This document shows, one piece after another, positions 46,723 to 56,263 of a DNA stretch of 64,000 nucleotides. The DNA is from a virus. Taxonomy: Duplodnaviria; Caudoviricetes. Made by a program: the position numbers and the translations under genes. The notes below the pieces were generated by a model, which saw only the letters and a list, made by a program, of their open reading frames with translations, made no database searches and was not told the origin of the DNA. The stretch lies in IMG/VR virus record IMGVR_UViG_3300009155_000035. One strand, written 5' to 3'. Position 1 is the stretch's first letter, and every line of letters begins with the position of its first letter.

Positions 46723-47103
46723 ATGAACATAATATTTGGCAAAGACGCCACTGTCGCAGTAAGCGAGAAGTATATTGTATTAGAACTAGACTCAGTTAAG
46801 ATACCAGGACTGTCAGAAGTTATTCCAGCATACTGTTTGTTAGATGCACAAAAAATTCCACTGACTGAAGTAGTAACATTGGACCAATTTCGTGACCTGC
46901 ATGTTAACTTGATTAAAAATTATCGACTACAAAACTGGAAGTATTGCACTGATGCGATTGATCATCTCAAAGGTAAATGGTCAGGCGAGTTGGATAGCTT
47001 TTATACTATGTTACTTGAAAGAATTGAAGACTTTAAAATCAACCCGCCTGGCGACACCTGGGATTGGACTATTTCCGGCGGCATGTCAACAGCATCTGTC
47101 TAA
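46723..47103 (+). CDS. Hypothetical phage protein
   Basis: 126-aa ORF with AAGGA RBS. Confidence 0.65.
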   Translation: MNIIFGKDATVAVSEKYIVLELDSVKIPGLSEVIPAYCLLDAQKIPLTEVVTLDQFRDLHVNLIKNYRLQNWKYCTDAIDHLKGKWSGELDSFYTMLLERIEDFKINPPGDTWDWTISGGMSTASV

Positions 47104-48382
47104 GTTGTTGTTGGGTATTCTGATCGTGGAACTTCATCAGTAACACATCTTGTAAATTTGGATCCTTGCTGGCCAGTTTTCTAAATTCAATCCACCTTTG
47201 ACCTTGCTTGTGTTGTTGGCAGTGTGTTTTTGCAATTGCATAATTGTCTAAAAACTCTTGAATAATTGATTTTGAAAACTCTTCAGAGAAAAACAAGTCT
47301 CGGTTATGCTTGGTTATTTTGTTAAGTTCCAAGTCAAGAGACTGTTTTTGTTCGGCAGTTAGACTTGTAATGTCTTTCATGACCTTGACAATTTTATGTA
47401 AACGTTTGACCGGGTCAATTTCTAGATCATAAGATTCGTCAATCAAGTCACCAAATGTTTTAAATCCGTATCTGCGCAGATAGTCAAGACTGGCATGTGT
47501 GGCAGCAAGTATAAACGGTTTCCCGCATGCTATTGGACGTAGTATTTTTTCAGTTAGCTGTAATCTTGGATCATCATACAATGTTTCAAGCACAACATCA
47601 AACCAACATTCATTGTAATCTAGACTAGAGTAATCGGCACTGGATGTTGCAAATGATAAGTTTTGTTCTAATACTTCAAGGTCTCTAGTGGAACGAAAGT
47701 CTGTGTTACGGTACTGATGATCATGATAATGTACACCGTTGTCGATTGGATTAAATTTAATTTTGCTTGTGGTGTCAAGCCTGTTCTCTAACACCAAGCT
47801 TGTAAACAACAACCGATACTCTCTAGTACCAGACCAAGCACGATTGTAAATGTTAAAATCATACTGGTAACTGCTGTTGCTACGATCAAGCTTTGAGTCA
47901 TGTTGTGCATATCGATACCAGTCTCGGGCAATTATTGCATGAGCCCACCAGTAGACACCTACTAGACCCACAGCTTCGTACTTTGCGACTTCGGGGCTTC
48001 TAAGCTCGCTGTGTAGCAGTATGTTTTTATCATAGAGTGTGCTATTTCGGTGCATGAACCCAATGTTTAACTGGCTCCAGTTATCAATAACCCTGGGACT
48101 TTTTAAAAATGTATTATTAGCACTTGGTGAGAAACGATCAAACCAGGCCGGCATGTGTTTGGCAACGTACTCGGGGGTATAAAAATCAAAATTAAGAGGT
48201 TCTTGATCATGCACGACTACCAACAACGAATTCATCCATTCTGCCCAAGTTTGAGTAGGCAATTCAACAACATCAATATCTTCAAGATTTCTACTGCCTG
48301 GTGGATTAAAGTGATAAATTATCGTATAGTGGTCTAATTGATCACTAAGATAATCATACATTTGACTAAAAGGAATATTCAT
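47069..48382 (-). CDS. GT10-like putative glycosyltransferase (paralog 1)
   Basis: FDVVLET...LTEKILRPIACGKPFIL...YGFKTFGDLIDESYD; start placed at ATG 48382. Confidence 0.55.
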   Translation of the reverse strand: MNIPFSQMYDYLSDQLDHYTIIYHFNPPGSRNLEDIDVVELPTQTWAEWMNSLLVVVHDQEPLNFDFYTPEYVAKHMPAWFDRFSPSANNTFLKSPRVIDNWSQLNIGFMHRNSTLYDKNILLHSELRSPEVAKYEAVGLVGVYWWAHAIIARDWYRYAQHDSKLDRSNSSYQYDFNIYNRAWSGTREYRLLFTSLVLENRLDTTSKIKFNPIDNGVHYHDHQYRNTDFRSTRDLEVLEQNLSFATSSADYSSLDYNECWFDVVLETLYDDPRLQLTEKILRPIACGKPFILAATHASLDYLRRYGFKTFGDLIDESYDLEIDPVKRLHKIVKVMKDITSLTAEQKQSLDLELNKITKHNRDLFFSEEFSKSIIQEFLDNYAIAKTHCQQHKQGQRWIEFRKLASKDPNLQDVLLMKFHDQNTQQQLRQMLLTCRRK

Positions 48383-49625
48383 GAATAACAATGTAATTGG
48401 TTTCGTTGGACTCGGTAAATTGGGTCTTGATTGCGCCGAAGTTTTCGCCGAGCACTACACTACAGTAGGCTATGATATTTACCCACGCATGAGCGACAGT
48501 GTCAGAGTTTTAGACACCATTGGTGATGTAACTCGCGAGTCCGATTGGATATTCATCGCAGTACCAACACCGCACACAGAAGGCTATGACGGAAGTGTTC
48601 CAAGTAGTCACATGGAACCAAAAGATTTTGGGCATGAAGCAGTGGAATCAGTATTGATTGAAATCAACAAGCATGCCGACAAGCCCAAAAATATTGTTTT
48701 AATTTCTACAGTATTGCCAGGAACCACATCACGATACTTTGAAAAGCTCATTGATAAACAACACAACTTTTTCTACAATCCTTATCTAATTGCCATGGGC
48801 AGTGTAAAGTGGGACATGGTCAACCCAGAAATGGTCATGATTGGTACACGTAACGACAACAAAGAGCTGGCACAACAACTCATTGACATTTACAAACCAC
48901 TGATGAAAAACAATCCACGATATATCACAGGAACGTGGGAAGAGTGTGAAGCTATTAAAATTTTCTACAACACATTCATCAGCGCCAAAGTGGGCTTGGT
49001 TAACATGATCCAAGACTTTGCACTCAAAATTGGCAATATCAATGTTGACGTAGTTACTGACGCATTGGCACAGAGCAACATGCGTATCATGGGACCCAAA
49101 TACATGACTGCTGGCATGGGAGATGCAGGTGCATGTCATCCACGAGACAACATTGCCTTGCGTTGGCTTGCACAAGAGTATGACATTGGTTATGACTTGT
49201 TTGACACCATCATGCATGCTCGCGAAATTCAAGCCAAAAATCTTGCTCTGTTCTTGGTTAACCAAGCCAAGGAACACAACTTGCCAATAGTGATACACGG
49301 TAAGGCATATAAACCAAATGTTCCTTATTGCATTGGTAGCTATAGTACCTTGGTTGGTTACTATGTGAAAGAAGCCGGGCAGGGTGTGGTATATGTTGAC
49401 CCGCTAGCGGACGACCCAACTGAAGTTGTCAGCGACATTAACGGCCCAGCAGTTATTTTGATGGCACACAATCGTACCATCACCTTTGGCTACACCGGAG
49501 AACAAGCATCTGATCCTGATTATTTCCAATTCAAGGCCGGATCTGTCATTGTTGATCCATTCCGTCGAGAATCTGATCGAGTAGGGATGACTGTGATTCA
49601 TTATGGCAACACACGAAATACGTAA
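48381..49625 (+). CDS. ugd: UDP-glucose/GDP-mannose 6-dehydrogenase family
   Basis: GLGKLG, IAVPTP, STVLPGT, EAIKIFYN, GACHPRD, GKAYK. Confidence 0.88.
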   Translation: MNNNVIGFVGLGKLGLDCAEVFAEHYTTVGYDIYPRMSDSVRVLDTIGDVTRESDWIFIAVPTPHTEGYDGSVPSSHMEPKDFGHEAVESVLIEINKHADKPKNIVLISTVLPGTTSRYFEKLIDKQHNFFYNPYLIAMGSVKWDMVNPEMVMIGTRNDNKELAQQLIDIYKPLMKNNPRYITGTWEECEAIKIFYNTFISAKVGLVNMIQDFALKIGNINVDVVTDALAQSNMRIMGPKYMTAGMGDAGACHPRDNIALRWLAQEYDIGYDLFDTIMHAREIQAKNLALFLVNQAKEHNLPIVIHGKAYKPNVPYCIGSYSTLVGYYVKEAGQGVVYVDPLADDPTEVVSDINGPAVILMAHNRTITFGYTGEQASDPDYFQFKAGSVIVDPFRRESDRVGMTVIHYGNTRNT

Positions 49626-50121
49626 GTTAAAAATTAACAAGTTCTGGGATGATGAATTTAAATCTCTTGACTATGTAAACGAAGAGTTCAATGATCTTGA
49701 CAGTGTAAAAAATTGGATTGACATTGGGTATCCCAACAAGTTTACTGGGGACATGTGTGACATGCGCAGTCCCCAACCAAGTTGGAATTCAACTTTTATC
49801 AAATACTTTGAAGAACTTGGCTGGAAAGACATTGGAACTAGTTACTATCGCATGATGCCCGGTACTGTGTTGCCAACACACAGTGATTTGTATATCAAGT
49901 ACATAGATTTGTTTAACTTACATGGCAAAGAAAGTACCATACACAGAGCCATTGTATTTTTAGAAGATTGGAAACCGGGTCATTACTTTGAAGGATGCGG
50001 CAAACCAACAGTTGAATGGGCAGCCGGGGATGGTGTAGTGTGGGCATATGATGCTCCTCATCTGGCCGCCAACATTGGTCTTGAACCTCGATATACATTG
50101 CAAATTACTGGACACATATGA
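49603..50121 (+). CDS. 2OG-Fe(II) oxygenase/cupin-like protein
   Basis: MMPGTVLPTHSD (HxD), PHLAAN, RYTLQITG. Confidence 0.7.
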   Translation: MATHEIRKLKINKFWDDEFKSLDYVNEEFNDLDSVKNWIDIGYPNKFTGDMCDMRSPQPSWNSTFIKYFEELGWKDIGTSYYRMMPGTVLPTHSDLYIKYIDLFNLHGKESTIHRAIVFLEDWKPGHYFEGCGKPTVEWAAGDGVVWAYDAPHLAANIGLEPRYTLQITGHI

Positions 50122-51035
50122 TTTCAAGCTATAACGAATGGGATCGTCTTAAACGAATAGTTGTTGGCTCGGCGACTGATGCAAACTGGCCTGTGTATGA
50201 TCCCGTGTTTGCCAAAGAGGCTGAAAAAACTACTTGGAAAGAATCCCCAGTTCCGCGTGGGCCAGTATCACAATACATAATCGATGAAGCCAACGAAGAT
50301 TTAGATAATCTGGCAAGCACTCTGACAAGCTTGGGAGTAGATGTTGTGCGGCCTGATCCACTTAACTTTCAATCGCATGATGGCATGTACAATTATTGTC
50401 CACGTGACAGACTGCTTGTACATGGATCAACTATAGTTGATCCTGCTATGATGTATCCTTGTAGGGATATGGAATTGCAATGCTATCATGACATTGTGGA
50501 CGAAGCAGAACACTATTACTTTATGCCTAGAAATGAAGGCTTTGTTTTAGATGCAGCCAACGTGTGTCGGTTGGACGATAAGATGTTGTTCCTAGAATCA
50601 GCCAGTGGTAATCGCAAAGCCTACGAATGGTTGTGCGACGTGTTTCCAAATGTTGAAATTGAAATATGCAATTTTTATGCAGGAGTACACATTGACTCAA
50701 CCATTGTGCCCTTGCGCGAAGGGGTGGTCATGCTCAATGCCAGTCGTGTAAATTTTGATACGGTGCCCCGAGTATTTGATGGATGGCACAAAATTTGGGT
50801 AAACGATGTAGTAGCACAAGAGTTTCACAAGTATCCATATGCGTCAAAATGGATAGCAATGAACATGTTGGTAGTTGATCCTCACACAATTATTTGTGAT
50901 CAGCACCAAACTGAATTGATCAAAACACTTAAAAGTTATCGATTTGAAGTTATACCAATGGAATTGCGTCATAGTCGTACCCTGGGCGGTGGATTTCATT
51001 GTGTTACACTAGATTTATGGAGAGAGCATGTTTGA
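50118..51035 (+). CDS. Amidinotransferase (glycine/inosamine-phosphate amidinotransferase family)
   Basis: SYNEWDRLKRIVVG, YCPRD, HIDST, GGGFHCVTLD (Asp-His-Cys triad). Confidence 0.88.
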   Translation: MISSYNEWDRLKRIVVGSATDANWPVYDPVFAKEAEKTTWKESPVPRGPVSQYIIDEANEDLDNLASTLTSLGVDVVRPDPLNFQSHDGMYNYCPRDRLLVHGSTIVDPAMMYPCRDMELQCYHDIVDEAEHYYFMPRNEGFVLDAANVCRLDDKMLFLESASGNRKAYEWLCDVFPNVEIEICNFYAGVHIDSTIVPLREGVVMLNASRVNFDTVPRVFDGWHKIWVNDVVAQEFHKYPYASKWIAMNMLVVDPHTIICDQHQTELIKTLKSYRFEVIPMELRHSRTLGGGFHCVTLDLWREHV

Positions 51036-52083
51036 TACAAATCAACTAGAAAAATTAATCGAAACTGAAATAAAAAAAGCAGTTGATCAAATAATAATTC
51101 GTACACTAGATAATTTGTCGGTGGATCCAAACTGGATTGCTAGACTTGAAAAAATTATAGCGCAAAGTTACAAACAAAAAGTTTCAGAGCATCTGAGCGG
51201 TATAGACATTGACTCACAAATTGTTGACTATATTGAAACTGGAGTAGATCGCTGGGCTCATAAATTTCGACAAAATTTTCAAACAAATGGCATCACTGAT
51301 ACCGCAACCAGTACACAACTTTCAGTTGAAGATGGGTTGGTTGTTGTTGAGAACCAACTGGCTGCCACTGGATTGCACGTTGGCAACGATGCCAGTATAA
51401 ATGGCACATTGGATGTCAATAACCTTATTCTTCGTGGGACTGTAAACGTTGATAATCATTCATGGAATGAATTATCAACTAAAGCAGCCAACAAAACATT
51501 GGCATTACTAACCGCGCAATGGAAAACAGAGTTAGCGCAAGCCACTCTAGAACATGCAAAAACTTCGGGTATTAATTTTAAATCAGTTTTTATAGATGAC
51601 AAGCCGCTGGTCAAAGATGACACTTTAAATGCAGGGATTAGAAAGACCAACATTGAGACTGTTGGTACTTTGAATAATTTGAGAACTAGCGGGACTACAA
51701 ATTTAAGCAACACTCTCACTGTGGTTGATAACCGTATTGGCGTAAATACTGAACATCCCGAAATGGCGTTGAGTGTATGGGATGAGGAAGTGGCATTGGT
51801 GGCTGGTAAACTCAGCAAGGATCATGCATACATTGGTACCAGCAGACCACAAACGTTATCCATTGGTGTAAATCGTAACAAGAGTATTGACATCAACAGC
51901 GATGGGTTGGTTACTGTACAGCAATTTAGAATTGACCGTTGGCAAATTGGACATACAAATCAAGCGCCGAGCTGGAGTGGTACTCGAGGTGATATCATGT
52001 TTAACAACGATCCCAAACCAGAACAGCCACCAGGCTGGGTGTGTTTGGGTGGATTTCGTTGGCAATCTTTATGGAATAAGTAA
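51028..52083 (+). CDS. Hypothetical, probably virion fibre-like protein
   Basis: Beta repeats; C-terminal GTRGDIMFN..P....GWVC. Confidence 0.5.
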   Translation: MFDTNQLEKLIETEIKKAVDQIIIRTLDNLSVDPNWIARLEKIIAQSYKQKVSEHLSGIDIDSQIVDYIETGVDRWAHKFRQNFQTNGITDTATSTQLSVEDGLVVVENQLAATGLHVGNDASINGTLDVNNLILRGTVNVDNHSWNELSTKAANKTLALLTAQWKTELAQATLEHAKTSGINFKSVFIDDKPLVKDDTLNAGIRKTNIETVGTLNNLRTSGTTNLSNTLTVVDNRIGVNTEHPEMALSVWDEEVALVAGKLSKDHAYIGTSRPQTLSIGVNRNKSIDINSDGLVTVQQFRIDRWQIGHTNQAPSWSGTRGDIMFNNDPKPEQPPGWVCLGGFRWQSLWNK

Positions 52084-52637
52084 TGAGAATTAATTGGGTT
52101 TTTTCAGCATCATATAACCCCGAACCCGGTGTTGACCTTGAAGCAATAAAACAAACCGGACCAACTTGGGGTTCCTGGCGCAGTTGGAGAGCATGTAACA
52201 CCGATAATGTTATTTGTCATAATAGACCTAAAACAATAGATCTAGTAGATCGTCAATTTCACAAATCGTGCAATTTCTACATACCTCGAAAACATTTTCA
52301 AGAGATAGGGCGCCCAGTTGGTGTAAAATTTTATGATGGTGAATTTTTAGAGTTAGTTGATGACCTAGAAGATATTGTTACCATGCACTTAGTAGCACCA
52401 AAATCAGACATCGTGTTATTAACTGGGTTTGATCTATCAACTCAAGCCACTCCACAAGATCGGTACGCACAACATCGACTCAAAAATCGTCTGGGTTTGA
52501 TGCGTAGTGCATTTGTAAATAACCCAGAAATACAGTGGGTTTTAGTAGATCACAACAAAGAAGTAGACAAGGCTTTTTCAGATTTGTCAAATTTAACTTG
52601 CGATGTAATGAAAAATGTGTTAAACTTATTGAAGTAA
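52083..52637 (+). CDS. Hypothetical phage protein
   Basis: 184 aa; TWGSWR and LLTGFDL segments. Confidence 0.6.
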   Translation: MRINWVFSASYNPEPGVDLEAIKQTGPTWGSWRSWRACNTDNVICHNRPKTIDLVDRQFHKSCNFYIPRKHFQEIGRPVGVKFYDGEFLELVDDLEDIVTMHLVAPKSDIVLLTGFDLSTQATPQDRYAQHRLKNRLGLMRSAFVNNPEIQWVLVDHNKEVDKAFSDLSNLTCDVMKNVLNLLK

Positions 52638-52655
52638 TATACTTCAAGGATTGAC

Positions 52656-53666
52656 ATGACTCGTATTGGCTTCTGTTGCAAATGGCTTAATGATCCTGCA
52701 GAATGCGGTGGCATGAAAGTCAATGCTGTAGACCGTGAGCTAAACGGCCGATCAACCACAATGCGTTGGTTGCGTGAACATCCGGACGAAGCCGAACAGC
52801 GGCAATGGGACATCATGAATCACAACACTGCGGCAGCGATCAAAATGATCGAACGTGTGGCTACCTTGCCTGCGGGCCGCAGAATGGTTCGTTTGGGCAG
52901 TGAAATGCTACAGGGCTACACTGAACCCAGTTGGATTGACTGGTGGCAACAGCCGGACGTGCAACGACATTTAGAACGTATCTTTGCACCCATTGGCGAA
53001 ACTGCTCGTAGGCTGGATGTTAGATTGAGTTTTCACCCAGGACAGTTCTGTGTTTTGGCCAGTGAGAATCCCGGCATCGTAAATAGAAGTATACAGGAGT
53101 TTGAATATCATGCAGATATGGTTCGCTGGATGGGATACGGCAAGACTTTCCAGGACTTTAAAATTAACGTCCACATCTCGGGTAAACAAGGTCCCGCCGG
53201 GATTCGCTCTGCCCTTCAGCGACTCAGCCCCGAAGCAAGAAACTGCATCACCATCGAAAACGACGAAAACGCCTGGGGAATTGACTCAAGCCTTGAACTT
53301 GCCCGAGACTGTGCCCTCGTGCTTGATCTACACCATCACTGGATCCGTACAGGAGACTACATTCAAGCCTCCGACGATCGAGTTAAAGGCATAATTGATA
53401 GCTGGCGCGGAATAAGACCTGCCTTGCACTACAGTGTCAGTCGGGAAGACTATCTGGTCGGACATGCCCCAGATACATTGCCGGACATGTCTGTATTGTT
53501 GGCTCAGGGCTGTAAAAAGCAAAAACTGCGAGCACACAGCGACTTCTATTGGAATTCGGCAGTGACTGATTGGGCATTGACCTTTGCTGATCAATTTGAC
53601 ATCCAATGCGAAGCAAAAGGCAAGAATCTAGCCAGCGAACAGGTGTATGAACGATATATTTCTTAA
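52656..53666 (+). CDS. uvsE: UV damage endonuclease UvsE/UvdE
   Basis: RLSFHPGQF, NVHISG, ITIEND, DLHHHW, HYS, RAHSD, CEAKGK. Confidence 0.93.
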   Translation: MTRIGFCCKWLNDPAECGGMKVNAVDRELNGRSTTMRWLREHPDEAEQRQWDIMNHNTAAAIKMIERVATLPAGRRMVRLGSEMLQGYTEPSWIDWWQQPDVQRHLERIFAPIGETARRLDVRLSFHPGQFCVLASENPGIVNRSIQEFEYHADMVRWMGYGKTFQDFKINVHISGKQGPAGIRSALQRLSPEARNCITIENDENAWGIDSSLELARDCALVLDLHHHWIRTGDYIQASDDRVKGIIDSWRGIRPALHYSVSREDYLVGHAPDTLPDMSVLLAQGCKKQKLRAHSDFYWNSAVTDWALTFADQFDIQCEAKGKNLASEQVYERYIS

Positions 53667-53934
53667 CACATTTGCATGGATCCAAGATGACTTTAAATCT
53701 AACCGAGTTCGCTTTGTTGTTGAGCTTGTTGCTTGGGCTGTTAGTATTGGTTGCAGTATTACTATGGCACTCACAGTCCCTAATCCTCCGCTTCTCGCTC
53801 TCTATCCTATTTGGATCTCTGGCTGTGCTATGTATGCTTGGGCTAGTTGGACTAGGAAATCTTTTGGTATGTTGGCTAACTATTGTTTGCTGACCACCAT
53901 CGACAGTGTTGGATTAATTCGTATGCTCACCTAA
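53647..53934 (+). CDS. Small multi-pass membrane protein
   Basis: Three hydrophobic segments. Confidence 0.65.
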   Translation: MNDIFLNTFAWIQDDFKSNRVRFVVELVAWAVSIGCSITMALTVPNPPLLALYPIWISGCAMYAWASWTRKSFGMLANYCLLTTIDSVGLIRMLT

Positions 53935-53951
53935 GCACTGCTATAATTGAC

Positions 53952-53959
53952 TATAAATA
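53952..53959 (+). promoter_or_regulatory. T4-late-like promoter TATAAATA
   Basis: Perfect octamer 6 nt before ATG 53966. Confidence 0.65.
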
Positions 53960-53965
53960 GGAACG

Positions 53966-54607
53966 ATGAAAACCATTGCTTTATTTGTACACCAACCAAA
54001 ATGCTCAATTCAAAGTGGTAACGGGATAATACAAGCACTGACTCCATATTACCGTTTTAAAATTTTTACCCGCTACGAAGTTGAGCGGGATTTTTTTGAT
54101 GATGTAGATTGTGTTTGTATTCCAGGTGGTATTGGCGATGCAAGTAGCTTTGAATACTTGCTGAGAGACAACGGCTCGCGTATTCAAGACTTTGTCGGCC
54201 AAGGTGGTGCATACCTGGGAATCTGCATGGGTGCTTATTGGGCTGGTAGTAATTATCTTGACATTCTTCAAGATGTTGATGCCGAACAGTACATGACAAG
54301 ACCCGGAACCGACACACATAGACCACATGCTAAAAACGTCAGTATAACCTGGAATAATCAAGCCATGAAAATGTTTTGGTATGATGGTTGTGCTCTTGTA
54401 GGCAACGAGTCAAAATTTACAACAATAGCTCGATATGTTGGAAACAACGATCCCATGGCCATTGTGCAAAATCGTGTGGGATTAATTGGTTGCCATCCCG
54501 AAAGCACTGCACATTGGTATTCTTCGTATAGTTGGATGCATGGTCAGTATCATCACGGCAAACATCATCAACTGTTGTTGAAGTTTGTCGACGAACTTTT
54601 ATTGTAA
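53966..54607 (+). CDS. Class I glutamine-amidotransferase-like protein (BPL_N-like)
   Basis: IPGGIG, YLGICMGAY (nucleophile Cys), GCHPE. Confidence 0.75.
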   Translation: MKTIALFVHQPKCSIQSGNGIIQALTPYYRFKIFTRYEVERDFFDDVDCVCIPGGIGDASSFEYLLRDNGSRIQDFVGQGGAYLGICMGAYWAGSNYLDILQDVDAEQYMTRPGTDTHRPHAKNVSITWNNQAMKMFWYDGCALVGNESKFTTIARYVGNNDPMAIVQNRVGLIGCHPESTAHWYSSYSWMHGQYHHGKHHQLLLKFVDELLL

Positions 54608-54619
54608 CATAATTTTAAC
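54602..54619 (+). promoter_or_regulatory. Pho-box-like 7-4-7 direct repeat
   Basis: TTGTAAC-ATAA-TTTTAAC versus E. coli-type CTGTCAT-AWAW-CTGTMAY; 21 nt before ATG 54641. Confidence 0.35.
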
Positions 54620-54640
54620 TGTTTTTGTCTTAAATACTAG

Positions 54641-55435
54641 ATGAAGACATACCGCAGTATCTTTGTCAGTGATGTACATCTTGGCACCAAAGATAGTCAG
54701 GCAAGCCGTCTTAACAATTTTCTCAAACACAACACTTGTGATACCCTATACCTAATAGGAGATATCATTGACGCCTGGCGTATACAACAAAACAAGTGGC
54801 GTTGGAAGCAGAGTCACACCAATTTGGTTCGCCGTGTTCTGGGACATGCCAAGCGCGGCACCAGGGTCGTGTATGTTGCTGGTAATCATGATGAATTTTT
54901 AAGACCCATGATTCCTTATGGGTTCAGTTTTGGACTTATTGAAATAACAAATCAAACAACTCATATAGGTGCCGATGGCCGACGTTACTTAGTCACGCAC
55001 GGTGACTTGTTTGATGGCATTACCAGATTGGCACCTTGGATAGCATTTTTAGGAGACAAAGCATATGATATCATTCTTTCGCTTAATAGCAAATTCAATT
55101 GGATACGTCATCGTCTTGGTTTTGGGTACTTTAGTCTTAGTCAGTACCTTAAAAGGCGAGTAAAAAAGGCTGTTGATTTTATCTTTCACTTTGAAAGGAA
55201 TCTAGCAGGCTATTGTAAGAAGCGTGGATTCGATGGTGTAATATGCGGACATATACATCATGCTGAAATAAAAACAATAGACGGTGTCGCATATATGAAC
55301 GACGGAGACTGGGTTGAATCATGCACGGCACTTGTAGAACACTGGGATGGTCGATGGGAAATCGTAACTTGGACCAAGGAGAGTGATGATGTGGGTACTG
55401 ATAATACTGGCAGTTCATATAAACAATTCAGATGA
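54641..55435 (+). CDS. Metallophosphoesterase of the LpxH/PlcP (phospholipase C) group
   Basis: SDVHLG, GDIID.W, GNHD, THGDLFD, LGDKAY, DGVICGHIH, NDGDWVESCTAL.E. Confidence 0.8.
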   Translation: MKTYRSIFVSDVHLGTKDSQASRLNNFLKHNTCDTLYLIGDIIDAWRIQQNKWRWKQSHTNLVRRVLGHAKRGTRVVYVAGNHDEFLRPMIPYGFSFGLIEITNQTTHIGADGRRYLVTHGDLFDGITRLAPWIAFLGDKAYDIILSLNSKFNWIRHRLGFGYFSLSQYLKRRVKKAVDFIFHFERNLAGYCKKRGFDGVICGHIHHAEIKTIDGVAYMNDGDWVESCTALVEHWDGRWEIVTWTKESDDVGTDNTGSSYKQFR

Positions 55436-55562
55436 CGTGCCAGGGCGGGTGGAGCTGACATTCCAGGATCAGCAAACTTGCCAACAGGTTTTAAGTACAA
55501 TCAAGTACAAATTGAAGTTTAATAATTTCAAGGTGGTGGCAGAATGCAAGAAACAAAACTAA
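55386..55562 (+). CDS. Small hypothetical protein (58 aa, signal/TM N-terminus, Cys pair)
   Basis: MMWVLIILAVHINNSDDVPGRVELTFQDQQTCQQVLSTIKYKLKFNNFKVVAECKKQN; fills the gap and overlaps both neighbours. Confidence 0.5.
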   Translation: MMWVLIILAVHINNSDDVPGRVELTFQDQQTCQQVLSTIKYKLKFNNFKVVAECKKQN

Positions 55563-56263
55563 GTGAAAAAATTACCATCGTAGTGCCATGCAAGAATGAG
55601 GAAAACTATATTCATTACTTGTTAGAATCACTAAGACAACAAAATATTGGCAATACCAAGGTGATCATTGCCGACTGCTCTACTGACAATACTAGACAAG
55701 TCATACATGACAACAGTGCAGGATTAAATGTCGAAGTCATTGAAGGCGGCCCGGTTTCTATTGCCAAGAATCGCGGTGCCCGATTAGTCACCACACCCTA
55801 TATCTTGTTCATCGACGCCGATGTACGTTTTTTTAAGAATACTGTGATACAAGATGCTGTAAGTGAGATTGAATCAAAGAATTTAGATCTTGTTGGATTG
55901 AATATTAAATGCTATGACCGAGACTCAAGAGCCGCGCTTGGATTTATGCTTTTTAATACTATAAATCACACACTGAAATTCTTCTCTCCATTTGCTGTAG
56001 GTGCATTCATGTTAACTCGTAGAGATCGCTTTGAAGAATTTGGTGGATTTCCTGAGAAGTTCTCAACATCCGAGGACTACTTCTTGTCAAGAAAGTACAG
56101 CCCTAAAAAGTTTAAGATTGTCCGACATCACTTTGGACAAGATAGTCGTAGATTCAAGAAGATGGGTTACCTTGGTATGGGCAAGTATCTAATAAAGAAT
56201 TTTATCAATCGCAACAATCGAGCATATTGGGACAAGCTAGATTCAACAAAATATTGGAATTAA
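55544..56263 (+). CDS. Glycosyltransferase family 2
   Basis: IVVPCKNEE, IADCSTDNT, LFIDADV, GGF...SED. Confidence 0.88.
   Translation: MQETKLSEKITIVVPCKNEENYIHYLLESLRQQNIGNTKVIIADCSTDNTRQVIHDNSAGLNVEVIEGGPVSIAKNRGARLVTTPYILFIDADVRFFKNTVIQDAVSEIESKNLDLVGLNIKCYDRDSRAALGFMLFNTINHTLKFFSPFAVGAFMLTRRDRFEEFGGFPEKFSTSEDYFLSRKYSPKKFKIVRHHFGQDSRRFKKMGYLGMGKYLIKNFINRNNRAYWDKLDSTKYWN

Noticed and set aside
52629-52647. LexA/SOS box before uvsE
   Set aside because: Does not fit CTGT-N8-ACAG, GAAC-N4-GTTC or GTTC-N7-GTTC; kept only as an unexplained palindrome
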